A DNA stretch of 64,000 nucleotides from Moniliella sp. 'wahieum' (GCA_003971905.1 RSEE01000087.1:1-64000), one strand, 5' to 3'; positions 24,292-37,515 are shown, counted from the stretch's first letter. Notes: generated by a model not told the origin, from the sequence alone. A program made the numbers and translations.

Positions 24292-24966
24292 CGCGAGCGA
24301 CGCATGGGTGGGGAAGGGGAAGGGGAGGGAAGGAAAGGGAAGGGGAAGGGGAAGGGGAAGGGGAAGGGGTGAGGAGGAGAGAGAAGGAGGCACGCAGTGG
24401 CAGGCGCAATGCCGATGGCGGCGGTGCGCTGAGTAACCAAATTCCAACCCAACACGCAACGCAACTCAGCTGAGCTCAGGACTCAGGATCAGTCAGCTTC
24501 CGCGCCGCACGCCTCAGCCGTCGGTTTGCGTCAGAGCACTGCTAACCACGTGATGGCCACCATCTCCACCACCCACCACCACCACCTCCTCCTCCTCCAC
24601 CACGAGTACCAGCAGCACCACCACCACCACGGCCTGCGTCCCGGCCACGGTGGCTAGCCGATGGGCAGGGGCGCAGGGGCGCATGCATGGCGCCAGCCAA
24701 GGCACGCTGGCATGTGCCCGCCCCGCTCGGTTGGCCAAATGGGACGAGGTGCTGCGGGGGTGCGCCCTACGCACTGCCTACGAGAGATGGGCGTTGGTTC
24801 GCTAGCTACCACAACATGCGATTACGATGGCCATGGACACGGACGTAGGCATGGTGCCTGCTCCCTCTTCGTGCCGTCGGGACGATGCTTGTCATGTCCC
24901 CACCCACACCCAGGGTGCTACCCATGCTCATGCTCACGCTAGCGCCTCCACCCAGACTAGCCCAGC

Positions 24967-27279
24967 TCACCACCCCGCCCAAACCCCTCGCACGGAGTCG
25001 CAGTCGCGGTCGCAGCCACGTCCCTCTGGCTCACCGCGCACAAGTACATGATGCGTCTCTTGTGGCGGTTGTGGGTATGTGGGTGTGCGGCTGGCATGAC
25101 GGCTGGACAAAGGACTGGGAGACCGGGATTGGGAGTGGAGTGGGATTGAGCGACGGAGCGCCAGCAGCTGCTCCGCCGCGGATGGGCGTCGGGGCGGGCT
25201 GTCGGCGGTGCGGTGCCCATGCCCATACTGGTGAGGGCAAACGGATGGGGATGGTGTGGGGTGACATGGAGGATAAGTATCTTCGACCAGGTGGCGATGA
25301 GGTCGCAAGTCGCAAGTCGGAGGCCGGAGGTGGTGGTCTGGCGAAATGGTCAGACGACGCGGAGGGTGAGAGTGTGGATGTGGGTGGGGTGTAGGTGTGG
25401 GTGTGGTGGAGCGGGCGGGGCAGGCAAGAGTCTCGGGCCCGATCCACCCACGCGCACGCAGCACCGTTCGCACCCACACTCGGCGTCCACCGTAGCGTCA
25501 GATGGATGCGCCGGGAGAAACGCTTCCGTCGGTCCACTTGAACGCCTCCACGGCCAGCGAAGGTGGTGCAACAGTTGGTGCGGGGATCGCGTGGTCAGCA
25601 GCCTCGCCATCTTCCCTACCGCCCTCGCCCTCACCTTCACCATCCGCGGCGGGATTACCATCACCATCACCATCACGCGGACGGAGCACGTCGGACAGCA
25701 GTCGTAGTACCCGCTCTGCTCGAGCGCGCGCGCGCACAGCATGCGCTCCGTGCGTTAGGACGGCCGCAACGTTGGCGCGGTATGATCCCCAGTGGCGGCC
25801 GAGCTGGATACAGTGGTAGTACGACCAGCCTCGGCGGGGAAAGGTGAGAGGGTAAAAGTCGAGGGAGCCGCCAGAGGCCGTACTTGTGGCCGGACGAGTG
25901 GTAGACGCGACGCGCGCCACGCCAAAGTCCCACACCCAGTCGGGCGGGAAAGAAAGGGCAACACCAACCCGCCCGACATGGCATCGACGTGGAGATGGGA
26001 GTATCGATCCCGTCCCCGCCTCCAGCTCTTTCGTCACCGCGCACGCGTCTCGGCCACCGGCTCAATCGCCCCCGGTGCACGTCACCGCAATCACGTACAC
26101 GGCCATCGTATCGCATCCGCCATCGCCAGGCCTGGGCCGGGTCGAAATCTCGGAGATGATGTTATACTTCTTTCCACCCAGCGCTTCTGATCGGCACACG
26201 AGACGCGACTCCATGTCCAAGTACTTGCCTGCCTTTTGCCGCCTCGACGCACATGTCCCGTGTTGGCCCCGACGAGCACGTTGGGCTTGTCGGGTGACGA
26301 GCCCGTCGTCGCTGTGCCCAGCGCACGCTCTTGGTTCTCGTCTGCCCGCACGGTCTTTGGCGCATGCCACACATCCACAGCCATCCACACACACCTCCCA
26401 TGGATCGTCACTAGTCACTAGTCACTGTCGACGCATCTGTTGCCACGTCACCCACCGGCCTTGCCTGATTCGTAGAGGTGAAAGCTAGACCCTAGAGTTG
26501 CCGCGCGCAGGCCAGCAGGCCACGTGTACATTCCTGTCCCACTGCTTGCTCTGTCCTCTTCGCCACCACCTCTCCTCCCCCTTCCCCTTCTTCTCGCTCA
26601 CCTCGTTACTTGATTACTACTCGCTGATCGTCTGCGGTTTAGAGACTAGGTGTCTCCAGGTCAGAGCCTTCACGCGTCGCTACACATCCTCGTCGGCATC
26701 GGCCAAGTCCAAGTTGAGATTGTAGTGGTCCAGCCAATAATGCATCCACCAGTGACACAGTTCAGCACACCCACTGCACGTATGCGCATCGCCAAAGGGT
26801 AAAAAGAGAGAGTCAGTATGGGGTTTGTCGCGTCAGTCGTGCCCTCTTCACTTGAGCGTCGTATGCCTGCAAGCCCACCCATGCTTCTCCTCTGTCCATA
26901 CCCCAGCCCACAAAAACCAACAAAAAAAAACGTACCCGGACCAGACGAAAGCCCTCGTTCAAGTCGATCGAGACAAACTGACGAGACTAAGTTGAGACCA
27001 AATTGACCGACGGCTTGCCATCCAGTCGGTGCCAACTCGGATCACTCTCTAGCACTCGCACGTCGTGCGCATCGTGCGACGCCACACCCTGCACGGGACT
27101 CGAGTTGTGCCGCACCACCCACGCCGCACCGTACCGCCCGCCCAACGGCGTCTGTATAAGCCCCCTCGTCACTTGCGCCCGCGTCCGTCACGGCCAGTCC
27201 GTGGTCCACCACCGCGAGCAGCACTTCAACTCGTCCACGTCCACGTCCACGTCCACGTCACGTGTCGTGCAAGACCCAC
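24967..27279 (-). pseudogene. GAD1: Degenerate glutamate decarboxylase (group II PLP decarboxylase)
   Basis: Collinear GAD motifs: (GTG)GLARHV..DEL, TPLGGRY, LDGKP..NLVS, LADADE, IHGRCV..WHAP, ALGTATTGSS, KPNVLVGAN, KYLDMESRLV, HVDAMSGGLVLPF..WDF, SSGHKYGL (PLP lysine), YYHCIQLGR, LRARGWI. The apparent start codon is GTG, and conserved segments after TTGSS and after HKYGL are missing. Confidence 0.8.
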
Positions 27280-28199
27280 GGTCGTGGTGGTTGTGGGTGG
27301 GGGGGGGTTCGAAGGGAGGAGCTGGGATGCTGGGCTCGGACGGGAAAAGGGGCTGAGGGGGCGACTTAAATGTTGGTTGAGTGAGAATACTATATCGCAT
27401 CCGATACTCGTCTCCCCTCAGTCGATGGGCGTAGCTCTGTGCGGCTGGGTCCGACATGACGTCCATGCGGGGCAGAGGCTGGAGATGGCGAGCAGGCCAA
27501 CCCCCCCAGCGATGCAGGATTGCCCCACAGGACTCTTCAGCCATCGCCGCTCATGCTCTCCCTGATCCGCCGCCGCTAGAATCTGTCTCTCGCCCGGCAC
27601 CCACCTTCCTAACCCTCTCCACGGCAGCCCCCTGAATGCGGCGAGGAGCAGACAACAGAGGAGCGGTACCGGTCGACCCAGCCACACATCCAACAGCAAA
27701 GACAAAAGCAAAAGCACAACCCCAAACCCAACATGGCGTTCCCACTCACTCTGCCCGCTCACCAGCACAGCAAGACGAGCGCAGAGGGCAGAGGGCAGAG
27801 GGCAGGGAAGGCAGAGTAGCACACCTGCTGAGCCCCTTTAACCCCACAACCATCCCTCGCTCTCTCCCGACCGCTTCCTCTCACTGTCGGCCACCACCCC
27901 GTCCCACCCAAAACAGGGGCACATTCGCCCCCCCCCCCCTCCCGACGGCACAATGCCTCCTGCGACTCCCCGTCCCCGCCTCTCCCTTCCTCGCCTCGTT
28001 GTGGCCATAACATCCTCCTCGTGTCACAAACGCAGGTCTCGGCCGCAGTCGGCCATTCCAGACCGCGACATCTTTTTGACGAGGAAGGATCGGAATGAGG
28101 ATGGAAGGGATATAGCCGCCCATCGATCCTTGCAGAAGTTAGCGGCAGGTCCGATTGGGGTGCCATCCACTGAGTGCAATGAGTTGGGGCAGAGTATGC

Positions 28200-29190
28200 T
28201 CAATGCGACGCCGCTGAGCTGTGGCCCATCAGGTGGGGAGAGGGGGTAAGCTAGGTTATACACATTCGTGCCTTCCAAAGCTGGATACTCATCTTTCGCG
28301 GTGTAGTGCCATGCGTGCTAAAGTCACACCGCCCGAGACGTCACCCAATCTTTGCTCCTCAGTGCATCCACCAAGATCCGGATCGTATGTCCAGGAGAGG
28401 GACAAGCTGCCCATCAGGGGTCCCTTAACGGTTCGTTCCTTGGGCGGTTTTGGCTGTTGAGATGGTCGAGCGCACGAGCAGCATCAACCTCGTCATATCC
28501 GCAGCCCATCCCCCATAGACCAAGAGAAGACATAGGCTCCCCCAACACGCTTGCCACTCCGTCTTTGCTCGTGTGCTCGTGACAGGAGTAAGGAGGGTCA
28601 TGCGAATCAGAAGAGGCATTGTCAACACTCGCAGTCCCACCCCCCAACGATCCATAACTCGCAGGCTATAGATGCTACGATAGACGGAACAGAAGACGCA
28701 CACGTACCATCCTCCGTCCGTCTGTCGGTTGATTCATCCGCGCTTTGCATCGCATCTGGAGAGAAGGCCATGGCATCATATGGTGCACTGCAGTCACACA
28801 ACGGCAACACCACAATCTCAACCCTCCTCGCCCACCTCTCCCGCCTGCTTTGACGAACACATGAGGCTGTGGGTGGTAAGCGGTGGGGTGTCAACAACCT
28901 AGCTCTACAGTACTATAGGATTGCATAAATCATTTCCTACTATCGTGCGTAACCCCCGGCTCCTTCTGTTTCCTTCTCACGACAACCTTCAGTCCTTCAC
29001 GTATCTCCAGTAGGGTCCAGGGATAGGCTGGTTGTATGATCATTGCCGCAGCTCACGGCCAGACTCGCCTTTTCTGCCATTAGTATGCCTGCCTTCCAGT
29101 CGCGGTCAAGAGGTCCATTCCGCGTCCGCGGAGGGAGAGGCCCCAAGGTTGCACCGTGGTGGGTTAAGGGACCGTCGCACCTCAATCCAC
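28200..29190 (-). pseudogene. Possible heavily decayed S8 (subtilase) peptidase fragment
   Basis: Ordered, weakly conserved motifs: GIL...AVSCGND (oxyanion-Asn region), RRVEIVVLP (PDIVAPG-like), DGTCASSVPSIVASIACEL (GTSxAxPxVAGxAAL-like), GCGYDEVDAARAL (GxGxVDAxxAL-like). Interrupted by stops and frameshifts. Confidence 0.3.
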
Positions 29191-29525
29191 ATGGCTATCA
29201 ACCCCGGGTAGGACCGAATACAGTCGAGCGGTGAGGGAGGAAGGAAGGTCGTGTGCTCACAAGCGTTGCGACGTAGAGAGCGATGTTTTATGGAGGGGGG
29301 TGGGGGCGCCCCGTCGGGCTCACCTTGCTCTATATTTTCTGCTGGATAGTCTGCCTGGCCCCTTAACCCGCGTTGCAGAAATGGAGCTGCACGATGAAAT
29401 GATACGTGTTCCGCTCCACTCTTTCGAAGCCAAAAGTAGAGAGGACGGCGACAGATGGAGTAGATACAGACGACGGGCTCCTCTCGCTTTCATTTACTAG
29501 TCACTGGTATGAAAGTTAAGTTTTG

Positions 29526-29575
29526 TTCGTTCGAAGTCGCCGCGCAGGGGGTGAGGGAGGGCGACTTCGAACGAA
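29526..29575. repeat. Perfect 16-bp inverted repeat with an 18-nt loop
   Basis: TTCGTTCGAAGTCGCC (29526-29541) and GGCGACTTCGAACGAA (29560-29575). Confidence 0.9.
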
Positions 29576-32500
29576 GCGCGGGATACCTGCCCCCCGTCAT
29601 CCTCTTTCCACCGCCAGCGTGTGTCAATGGAAGTGAGACGAGATAGCGATAGGCCTCAGGGAATCGAAGGATGCATGCGGTGGTGAAGGGGAAAGCGATG
29701 GAGAATCAGTACGACAAGTGTATTTTGTTTGTTTCTATAAATCTGTGCGTCGTGTTATCGGTGCCGCCCCATAAACGAGGCCTTCATCTTGCGATACCAC
29801 AGTTAGACTCGAGCATGTGCTGGCTCTACAGAATGAACTAGAATCGTAGGGAAGCTCATGCTATATCTGACGTATCTCTATTTCTCGCTGCCTCGTGCAC
29901 TCTGTCTGCGGAAGAACTGCCCAGGCATTGAAAGGTCGTCTTCTTATCGAATCAGAATCGCGCGCCGTTGTCATACACAGTGAAGCCAAAGATACCTGCA
30001 CAAAATAGGGGGTTCAATGAGGGTACAAAAAAAACCTGAACAATATGGACGTTCGGTTAAGTAGTCCCATTACTGCGTCTAACTGAGGATGAATGCAAAA
30101 AAGTCCTGGAACGCCTCTACATAGATTCTGAGCAAAGCGCGAATCAATACAAGAGAGAAGAAAAATATAAGATCCTGCTCAGTGGTGACTGCAGCGTCAC
30201 TGGTAGCAGGCATGTCTTCACTCGAGCACGTAATCCATCCACGCAACAGAACCAGGCGATACAAAAGGGGGATCATATTTTTTCTGGGATGCCCGTTTTT
30301 CCATGATGATGGGCGAGCAATTGTAAGAGTTGGAAGAACAGGCCCATAGCTGAACATACTTTTCACACATTTGCCCGTCGAGCCGGGAATCTACGTGGCG
30401 GTCTTGTCTACATTACATGAAGAACTGTCAACTGGTTTGGTTAGAGTCCATAATTGTCCTGGTGTAAAATACTACTATTGGGAGAGTGTCGGCCTCGCTA
30501 CTACCACAGGATGTGAGCACTGGGACGGATGTCAACAGAAAGAAGAGAATATACTAAGGGTTCACTCAATCGTTTACTACCCTTGTGAAGTGTGCGTCTA
30601 AAGCACCGGTAACTGCCACTGGATCGTTGGAGGACATAATGAGTTTGTGGCATACAGACGCCGTTTCTGATGACACATGTCCAGATACAGGTTTTGAATA
30701 AGTCAAGTCAACTGAGGGGCAGTGCAGCTGCTAGAAGGGAAATGACCTGTAAGATACGCTCCTCCATCGAAAAATAATCGAAGTGTTTAGCAACTACATT
30801 TTTAATTGGGCTCAATGCCCGTACAAGGTTTACGCAAGTTATATGGTACAACAAGAATTTTACTGACCCTGATCTTTCCTGATAAATGGAAACTAGCAGC
30901 AACCGAGACGGTATGCACGATGTACATGAGGATAGCGAAAAATAAAATAAATGGATTTGAGTCTTCTAGAGTGCGACCTGGATCTGATGTATCTCCTGCC
31001 TAATCGCCTTCAGGAAGGGTTGGGGCAAATAGGGGTCTGACCGCTGTCTTTAAACAACGCCTGGATTGGATGAGACAGGAAAGAGACGAACCAGATGGAG
31101 CGATACCCATCCTGTGAGGGGAACATTTCTGCCCGGGTAGGCGAGCGTCACAACTAACTGAAGGCTGAGCAAGGAATCTGGCCCTATCCTCCAACAGAGA
31201 GGCACGTTAAGTGGCGCTCGTCACTGCATAGTGCATCCTGGCCCAAATATCCAGAATTGCTACTAATTTACAATTGCTACTGCAAACTTCCACTCAGCTA
31301 CAACTCTGCCTATCTCTATAAATGTGAATTGCATAAAATTCATATCCATTCAGCGAACTTGCAACGGCAACACAAGGCCAAGATTACCTTACAATTTATA
31401 CCCACTGTGGGTGAGAGCGTGGACTTGGGTCTGTTTCGCCATATCCCGAAGAATTAGCTGTACTTACCAGAACCACTGATGAGAAACTCTTTCTAAGAGT
31501 GTAATCTTAATTTCTGTTTAACAAAAAGGAAAGGCAGGAGTATGTGACCGTACATCATCGCTCATTCCCAATGGGCGTCGGGAACATGTCAATGTATGGG
31601 CTTGGGCAGCGAGAATAACCATTCAGCTTTCAGCTCGTCTGAGCCATTTTGTGGTGTCCGTTCCCGTGTTCATCAATGATTGTTATCTTGGTATAGAAAG
31701 GGAGTTTGAAACCCCCCAACACTTGAGTGTACCTACTAAGGAATAAAGGCCTAGATGCAATAGCTCCCATATGGAACGGAGACCATAGTTCCCTTCCAGA
31801 CAAGGGGAAGAAACAATTATTTTGAGACGCCATCGCTGTCGCAACTTGCGCTGGCCTGAATCATGCAAGAAGCAAATCTTCGAGTGATGTGCGTTGCACA
31901 AGACCCCTTCTGTTCCGCGTCCAGTTAGGGTTTTCAAGTCGTAGAAGTTCAACGCTGGCAATTCGCGTTGAGTTGTGGCCACGACCGGCGTTTCCCGGAC
32001 GTTCACAGGTAGTCTGTCTCAATGTCCGAGCCAGTTGCAGTCGAACCAGTGGCAACTGCAAGCATGAGACCCTGATGTACTGTACGTTTCGCAATCATTT
32101 CCTGATTCCGGTTGTAATAGCGTTCGCGATTGTATGAAAAAGAGGGAGCAGATGGTTCCAATGAAGAAGTGATCTTACGCGGGGTACATAGTTGTTATTC
32201 GACTGTGAATCAGTGGTGTAATAAAACTTACCTGCAACCGCGTTGATGCGGCCTGACCCTAAGATTAATCCCATGCCAAAGGGGTTGTCCAAAGTGAAAA
32301 AAGATAGGTCCCATTGGATACGTGCCCGGACGGGACACATCAACGCGATTGCCGCCCTCTTATCTCCCCCACCGGTTTGCCAGATGCCGAGAGCCGCTCC
32401 GCATCCATTTTACGAGTCGCTCCTTCAGAGTTTGGTTTAGATAGCAAGCTCCATCCTCCAGCCAGTTGTTCCGGGAACTTTCTGGCATGGCTTTTTCCTG

Positions 32501-35050
32501 TGTAATGAGAGGGATGCGAATTTCTTGGATATATACCCCTGGCGCAAACATGAGGTTAAGCTAAGTACTTCTATTATAGCGAGATATGGATCATGGCCAA
32601 GCGCATTTAAGTTTATGGCCGAGCTTTAAAGCTATTTGTTCCGGGAACTTGGGTTTACCCCATATCAACCCCGCAGCCGTGTACTCACGAAAAACAATAA
32701 AAAAAACTATCATGCCAAATGCGCAAGAGGAAACGGGGATTGATAGCGGCAGCTCCACGTTTATTGTGATTCTTTCCGATCTGCTTGGCCTGTTTTTGAG
32801 TGCGATCTCCTGTTCGGTATTGGCGGCAGCCTTGGACCGTGGAAACATCATGTAAGAAAACTCGAAACACCATCGAAACGCCCCGAAATCTCTTCCGCTC
32901 TGATTTCTAGATTCGTCACTTTTGCAGAGGGAGCGTCAGAAACTCACGTGTCCAGTGAATATTGTGTAAGCACCGGTCAATACAATCAAGAGGACAGCGA
33001 TGTGATCAGCATGTCAGGACTCCCTCCCTAGCTCTCACGCCCATTCGCTGCCAGACCGGATGTAGCGCGAGTGGAAACTGTTGAGCCATCAGGTGGCTCG
33101 TGCTTTCATGGCCAATGCAGGCCTGGGAGTTCCGTTGTTTTCTCTCTCGTTTTCCTTGTTCCGCAGCTTAGTCCCTGGTGGCGACTCGCGGATTGATGTT
33201 CCTCTGTAGGCGTTGCTGGCTGGCTTAGACTACCACCACCGCCAGTGCGATTGTATCGCCCTCGAGGACCATCAGGACTCCAGGTCTCATCAGAAACGAA
33301 TGAGCGCGGTAAACATATGCGGTGGACCATTGCTAATAAGGCTTTTCAGTAGTTTCTTTCAATGCCCACCCTCTTATCGACAGTCTTTGAAACCCATAAT
33401 TACCTAGGGTTGACTTGTCCAGAGGGAAGAAAGTGGCCATGATGTGGGTGCACCCCTCTACTGTACTTGGCTTTCTAGCGGAAGCTGTTGCGAAACCAGC
33501 TTTCTCCTCGAACAGCTAACTCATGATGCAGCTCTCCATATCTCCGGGGGTTCCTAAGGCGCAGGCGTTTCACCTCATGTGTGTACTGTACGACTTTTTC
33601 CAGAGAACCCTGGGACACGTCATTGAGTCCGTCAAGGTGCTGATCCACCTCCACCCCTGATCCATCAATGAATGCTCTTGGTTTCATCATCATCGTGTCT
33701 GGATGCGCTCCACGTTTATGTCTGCCCGCCCACTTTGTCACGGTCAGTTCCTCTACAACCGGTTGAGTCAATTATTGGGGGTCGCGGACGGACAGAGCAC
33801 ACATGGTTGAGGATCGGTCCATCCATAGCCTCCTAAAGTGCAGAGCCCTAGACTTCGATGAAGTGCAGAGTGCAGGCCAGGAGCTTAAACTTAGTCCACA
33901 TGGGGCACATTACCGCACGAGACCGGAACGGCTCAGGGTATGGAGCCAGTGGGGAACAATCTGGATTTACCTGTTGGGCAAAGCTCGAGTTCGACACCGG
34001 CTGTTGCAGGCATAAAGGAGAATCAAATGTGTAATAGGTGAAATAGATTGCTCGAGTTGGGCACCGTCACGCCCCAGGATAATAGTAGTACTGGTAACGT
34101 ACAGTGGCAACATGGCCGTTTCACTCTCGCCGAAAAAAAAGTCGGTAGTGTGCAGAAGATAGTTGTCCGAGTATCACAGCGTTTTTAGCCGGCCCGTCGA
34201 CTCGGGGAACTCACGATCACCCCATTGCTGGCACTACACATCCCGGCCGACATCTTGACCAAAACTGTTTGGCATTCATGGCCAACCTTCTTCCCCGTCT
34301 AACGTTTTGCGGTATTGCGACATCCACCGTGCCTGCGAGCCGCCCCTGGACAGCGGGTGTGGTATACCACTGAGTGGTCCCGAGCCCATCGGCAGTGATA
34401 CATTGTCCGACAACACACCAAGCATGTATCGGGCCAGCGTATCTACACCTTCCACCAGCTTTCAACTACGGAACTTACAAATGACAGCCCCACAGATCTA
34501 GTAGTTCTCTCCGCATGCATATGGCCAACGCTGCCAGCTATAGGCAGGGTACAGAATTGGATTCCATCTCATCGTCAGTCTCGTTAAGGTTCTTCTTTTG
34601 AAAAGTCCTGTCACATGTCAACGCTCTCTCCCGCACTGTGTTACGTCTTGTATTTCCAGAGCAGGTGCAGACTTTGAGGTCAGCAAAAGTGGGGATACAA
34701 TGTGCGTTTCCCGATTCGCATTTCTTACCGCGGCCTTTAACCTAGAGCTAATATCCGTCAATGTAAAAGGGTATCAAACATCGATTATTCCGATGCATGC
34801 TTCTAGAAGTACAGCTGCCGTTGCACATAGCGGGGCAGTACAAAAGGTTGCAAAGTTGGTACACGAGAGGTTCGTCCAAGAAACAAGTGAGAGTGAGCGG
34901 CGACAGACAAGTAGGTGTTTTTAGGTGTTTATGCACCCCGGGTAAGGGGGGTGAAAAAGTGTCATGGGGCTTGGGGTTTGGACGGGAGAGGATGCACCGC
35001 TCTTCCAAGCGAAACTGCCGCGTTTTAAGCGTCAGAGGCGCACATGCCCG

Positions 35051-36540
35051 TCATCTCCCTGTATTCGGCGGGAGAGGTAGTGTCCGAGGCAAGCCGGCCT
35101 GCCTTGCGACTGCTGCTACGGCGGGAATGAGAAGGGCAAACGGCTGAGACAACGTTCTTTCGAACGGTGGAGGCGTGAGTCTAGCAAAAAGTCGGAAATG
35201 GATACCACTCGCGGCCAGCGACGGTTGGGCTCGTCGTCGTGTGCCTTTCTCCCCCTGCCCTCGTACTCGTTCTGACCTGCTCTTGTTCCTCTTGCGTCTG
35301 CCTTGGTCCATGGCGGGGTTGCCAGCGACAAATGTTGTTGTTTGTCGAAGGGTAGTAATGGTTTCTCGGTCCAAGAAGCGCGACGTGGCGCCCAAGCAAG
35401 CCACAATGCCAGCCAAAGGGAACACATAAACCATTGCTGCTTCCAGGTACATGGCCACGGCGAGTTTCTGGGTTGCCAAGACAACCCAGCTGGCCACCGC
35501 GGTACCGGTTGGAACCCAGAATCCAAAGGCGAGGAAGTGGAGGATGCGGATCAAGGTCCACCAGAACCCCACGCTCCGCTGTGGCCGGAGCGAGTGGTAG
35601 AGGCGTGCTTTGGCCTGGCGTGCCTCGGGACAGGTAGAAGGCGCAGTGGGGTCAAGCTAAGGCGCAGGATGGGATCTGGGGCTTTCCCACACCATCTGCG
35701 CAACTGGGCCAAAGTACCTGTGCCGCGGTTGGAACGCATGCGCCACCATTGCCGCGCCAAGCCTAGGTTGACGTACAACAGCGCTGCGACAAAGGTGGCA
35801 TAGTGAGCGTGGTCCCAGCGCATGCGCTGGGCCGATGTTCGTTGGCCCATGATCAACGTTGCGGGCTGGCTCCAGACACTGGACGCGGCGGCGGGACCGA
35901 GGCGGCTGTCGACGTGGTGAACGCGGTGGAGGACAACGGCGTAGCAGGCCAGGCTGGCGCACTGCAGCAGCGAGGGGGGTAGGATAATGAGGAGTTGCTT
36001 GGTGCGGCCAAAGAGGGCGGGAGGCCAGAAGACAGAGGCGGACAATGAGGGCCCAAACGACGACCCAGGGCACAAGGAAGAGCATCAAGTCCTCCACCAC
36101 GTACAGGCCATCGGCGACCTTGGTTGGGATGCGTGAGTTGACCATGTCGAGGGTCCAGAAGGCTGTATCGAACACCGAGGCCACCAGACCGAGAAGGGAG
36201 GCGGCCAAGAGCCAGACAGTGGGGGACCGGCTTGGCGCTCTCGAGGCCACCCTTGAGGAGGAGGATGGTGAGGAGAAGAAAGAGGACGGTGCAGAGGGAG
36301 GTGTAGATGATGATGTAGGTGACGGCGAGGCGGATGTCGGGAGGCCCTTGGTGGAAATGCACTGTCCGCCGGCCTGCTCGAAGCGGATGGCAGCGCGGAG
36401 CACGTTGGAATAGGCGGCGAGGATGGGGTCGGTGGTGTTGAGGGTGGCGACGAGGGGATAAGGTCCAGGTAGCTCACGTCGCCCACTGTGCAGGGGGGGC
36501 TGGGGACACTGCCATCATAGTGCAGCCCGCCAAGACCCAT
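35051..36540 (-). CDS. Hypothetical multi-pass (about 7 TM) membrane protein (frameshifted)
   Basis: Successive hydrophobic segments across joined frames: LAVTYIIIYTSLCTVLFLLLTILLL; VWLLAASLLGLVASVF; LMLFLVPWVVVWALIV; LLIILPPSLLQCASLACYAVVL; YATFVAALLYVNLGL; ILHFLAFGFWVPTGTAVASWVVL; AAMVYVFPLAGIVACL. Confidence 0.65.
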
Positions 36541-37029
36541 GGGCACATGGGCAGGGAAGGCGGAGGTGGAGGTGGAGGTGGTGGTGGCGGTGGTGGTGGC
36601 GCAGGAGGAGAAGATGGAGGTGGTGGGGGAAGAAAAGCAGGGGCCGTGGAGAAAAGCAGGAGAAAAGCCAGACGGCGAGCCAGGGACGCGAGGGACGCAC
36701 TGGCGCCGTGCCGGGCGCGGGCGGGCGGCAAGCCAGGGGCAGCGCGCCTGCGTGTCGGCTGGTGTGGGGCACAGGGGCAGTTGCTGGGGGCGTCTGGGAT
36801 GGGCCGTGGCTGGCTGGCCGGCTGGCTGCGGCCGCAGTGGTTGTGGGATTCGCACAGCTGAGATTCAGATCGGAGAGCTGAGAATCTCAGATTAACGTTC
36901 AACCCCTCCGCGCTGCCATCCATTGTGGCTGCCCGTCCCTCCGCTCCGATCCGTCGCGGACACCATCCCCTCCACCAGCAACAACAGCCATACATCGACG
37001 ATAGAGCAGAGACACGCAAACAGGCAGGG

Positions 37030-37296
37030 GCAGCGAAGGTGGCACGTGTAGATATGTCGTCGGGGGAGATGCGGGCTGGAGGAGAGGGGCATGGGTTAGC
37101 AGCACTGCGCACGAGGCAGGGCTAATGTATCGAGGACGGCGACAGGAGTAGAAACGCGCTCAGGTCACCTCGCCGTCGGCGGTGGCCTTCTTGAGCGTGT
37201 CGATGCGCTTGCCGTTCTGCGGGGAGAGGTCAGCCAGGAGCGCGGGCACCGAGTGCGCGCAGCACGTACGCCGTCGGGCGTGGACAGCAAAGGCAT
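37030..37296 (-). pseudogene. NOP10: Degenerate NOP10 (H/ACA snoRNP subunit)
   Basis: Exon 1 MPLLSTPDG (37270-37296); intron 37217-37269 (GTACGT..CTGAC..CAG); exon 2 NGKRIDTLKKATADGEVT* (TGA 37160-37162); second acceptor at 37076 with CTAAC branch; exon 3 ARISPDD. Matches Nop10 MHLMYTL..GKRxYTLKK..GE.TKSAHPARFSPDD. Confidence 0.8.
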
Positions 37297-37515
37297 CGTC
37301 CTAACTCATGGCCGCTTCGACCATCGACCGCCTCTCCCCGTCCAGCGCTGCCGGTGGCGGGCAGGCAGACTCCGAGCGGAATGCGGCGGGCGGAACGGGG
37401 CAGAGGAGATAACGCTGGCTATCAGCATCAGTCATCAGTCATCAGTACTCAGTACTCAGTGCGCCGCCACTTCTGATTGCCACGCGTGTGGCCCAACACC
37501 AGCGCCATCAGCGCC

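Noticed and set aside
29502..34150. CACTA/CACTG terminal inverted repeats (CACTGGTATG... and ...GTCGGTAGTG)
   Set aside because: The ends match only over about 4 bp, no TSD is evident and no transposase motifs were recognised.
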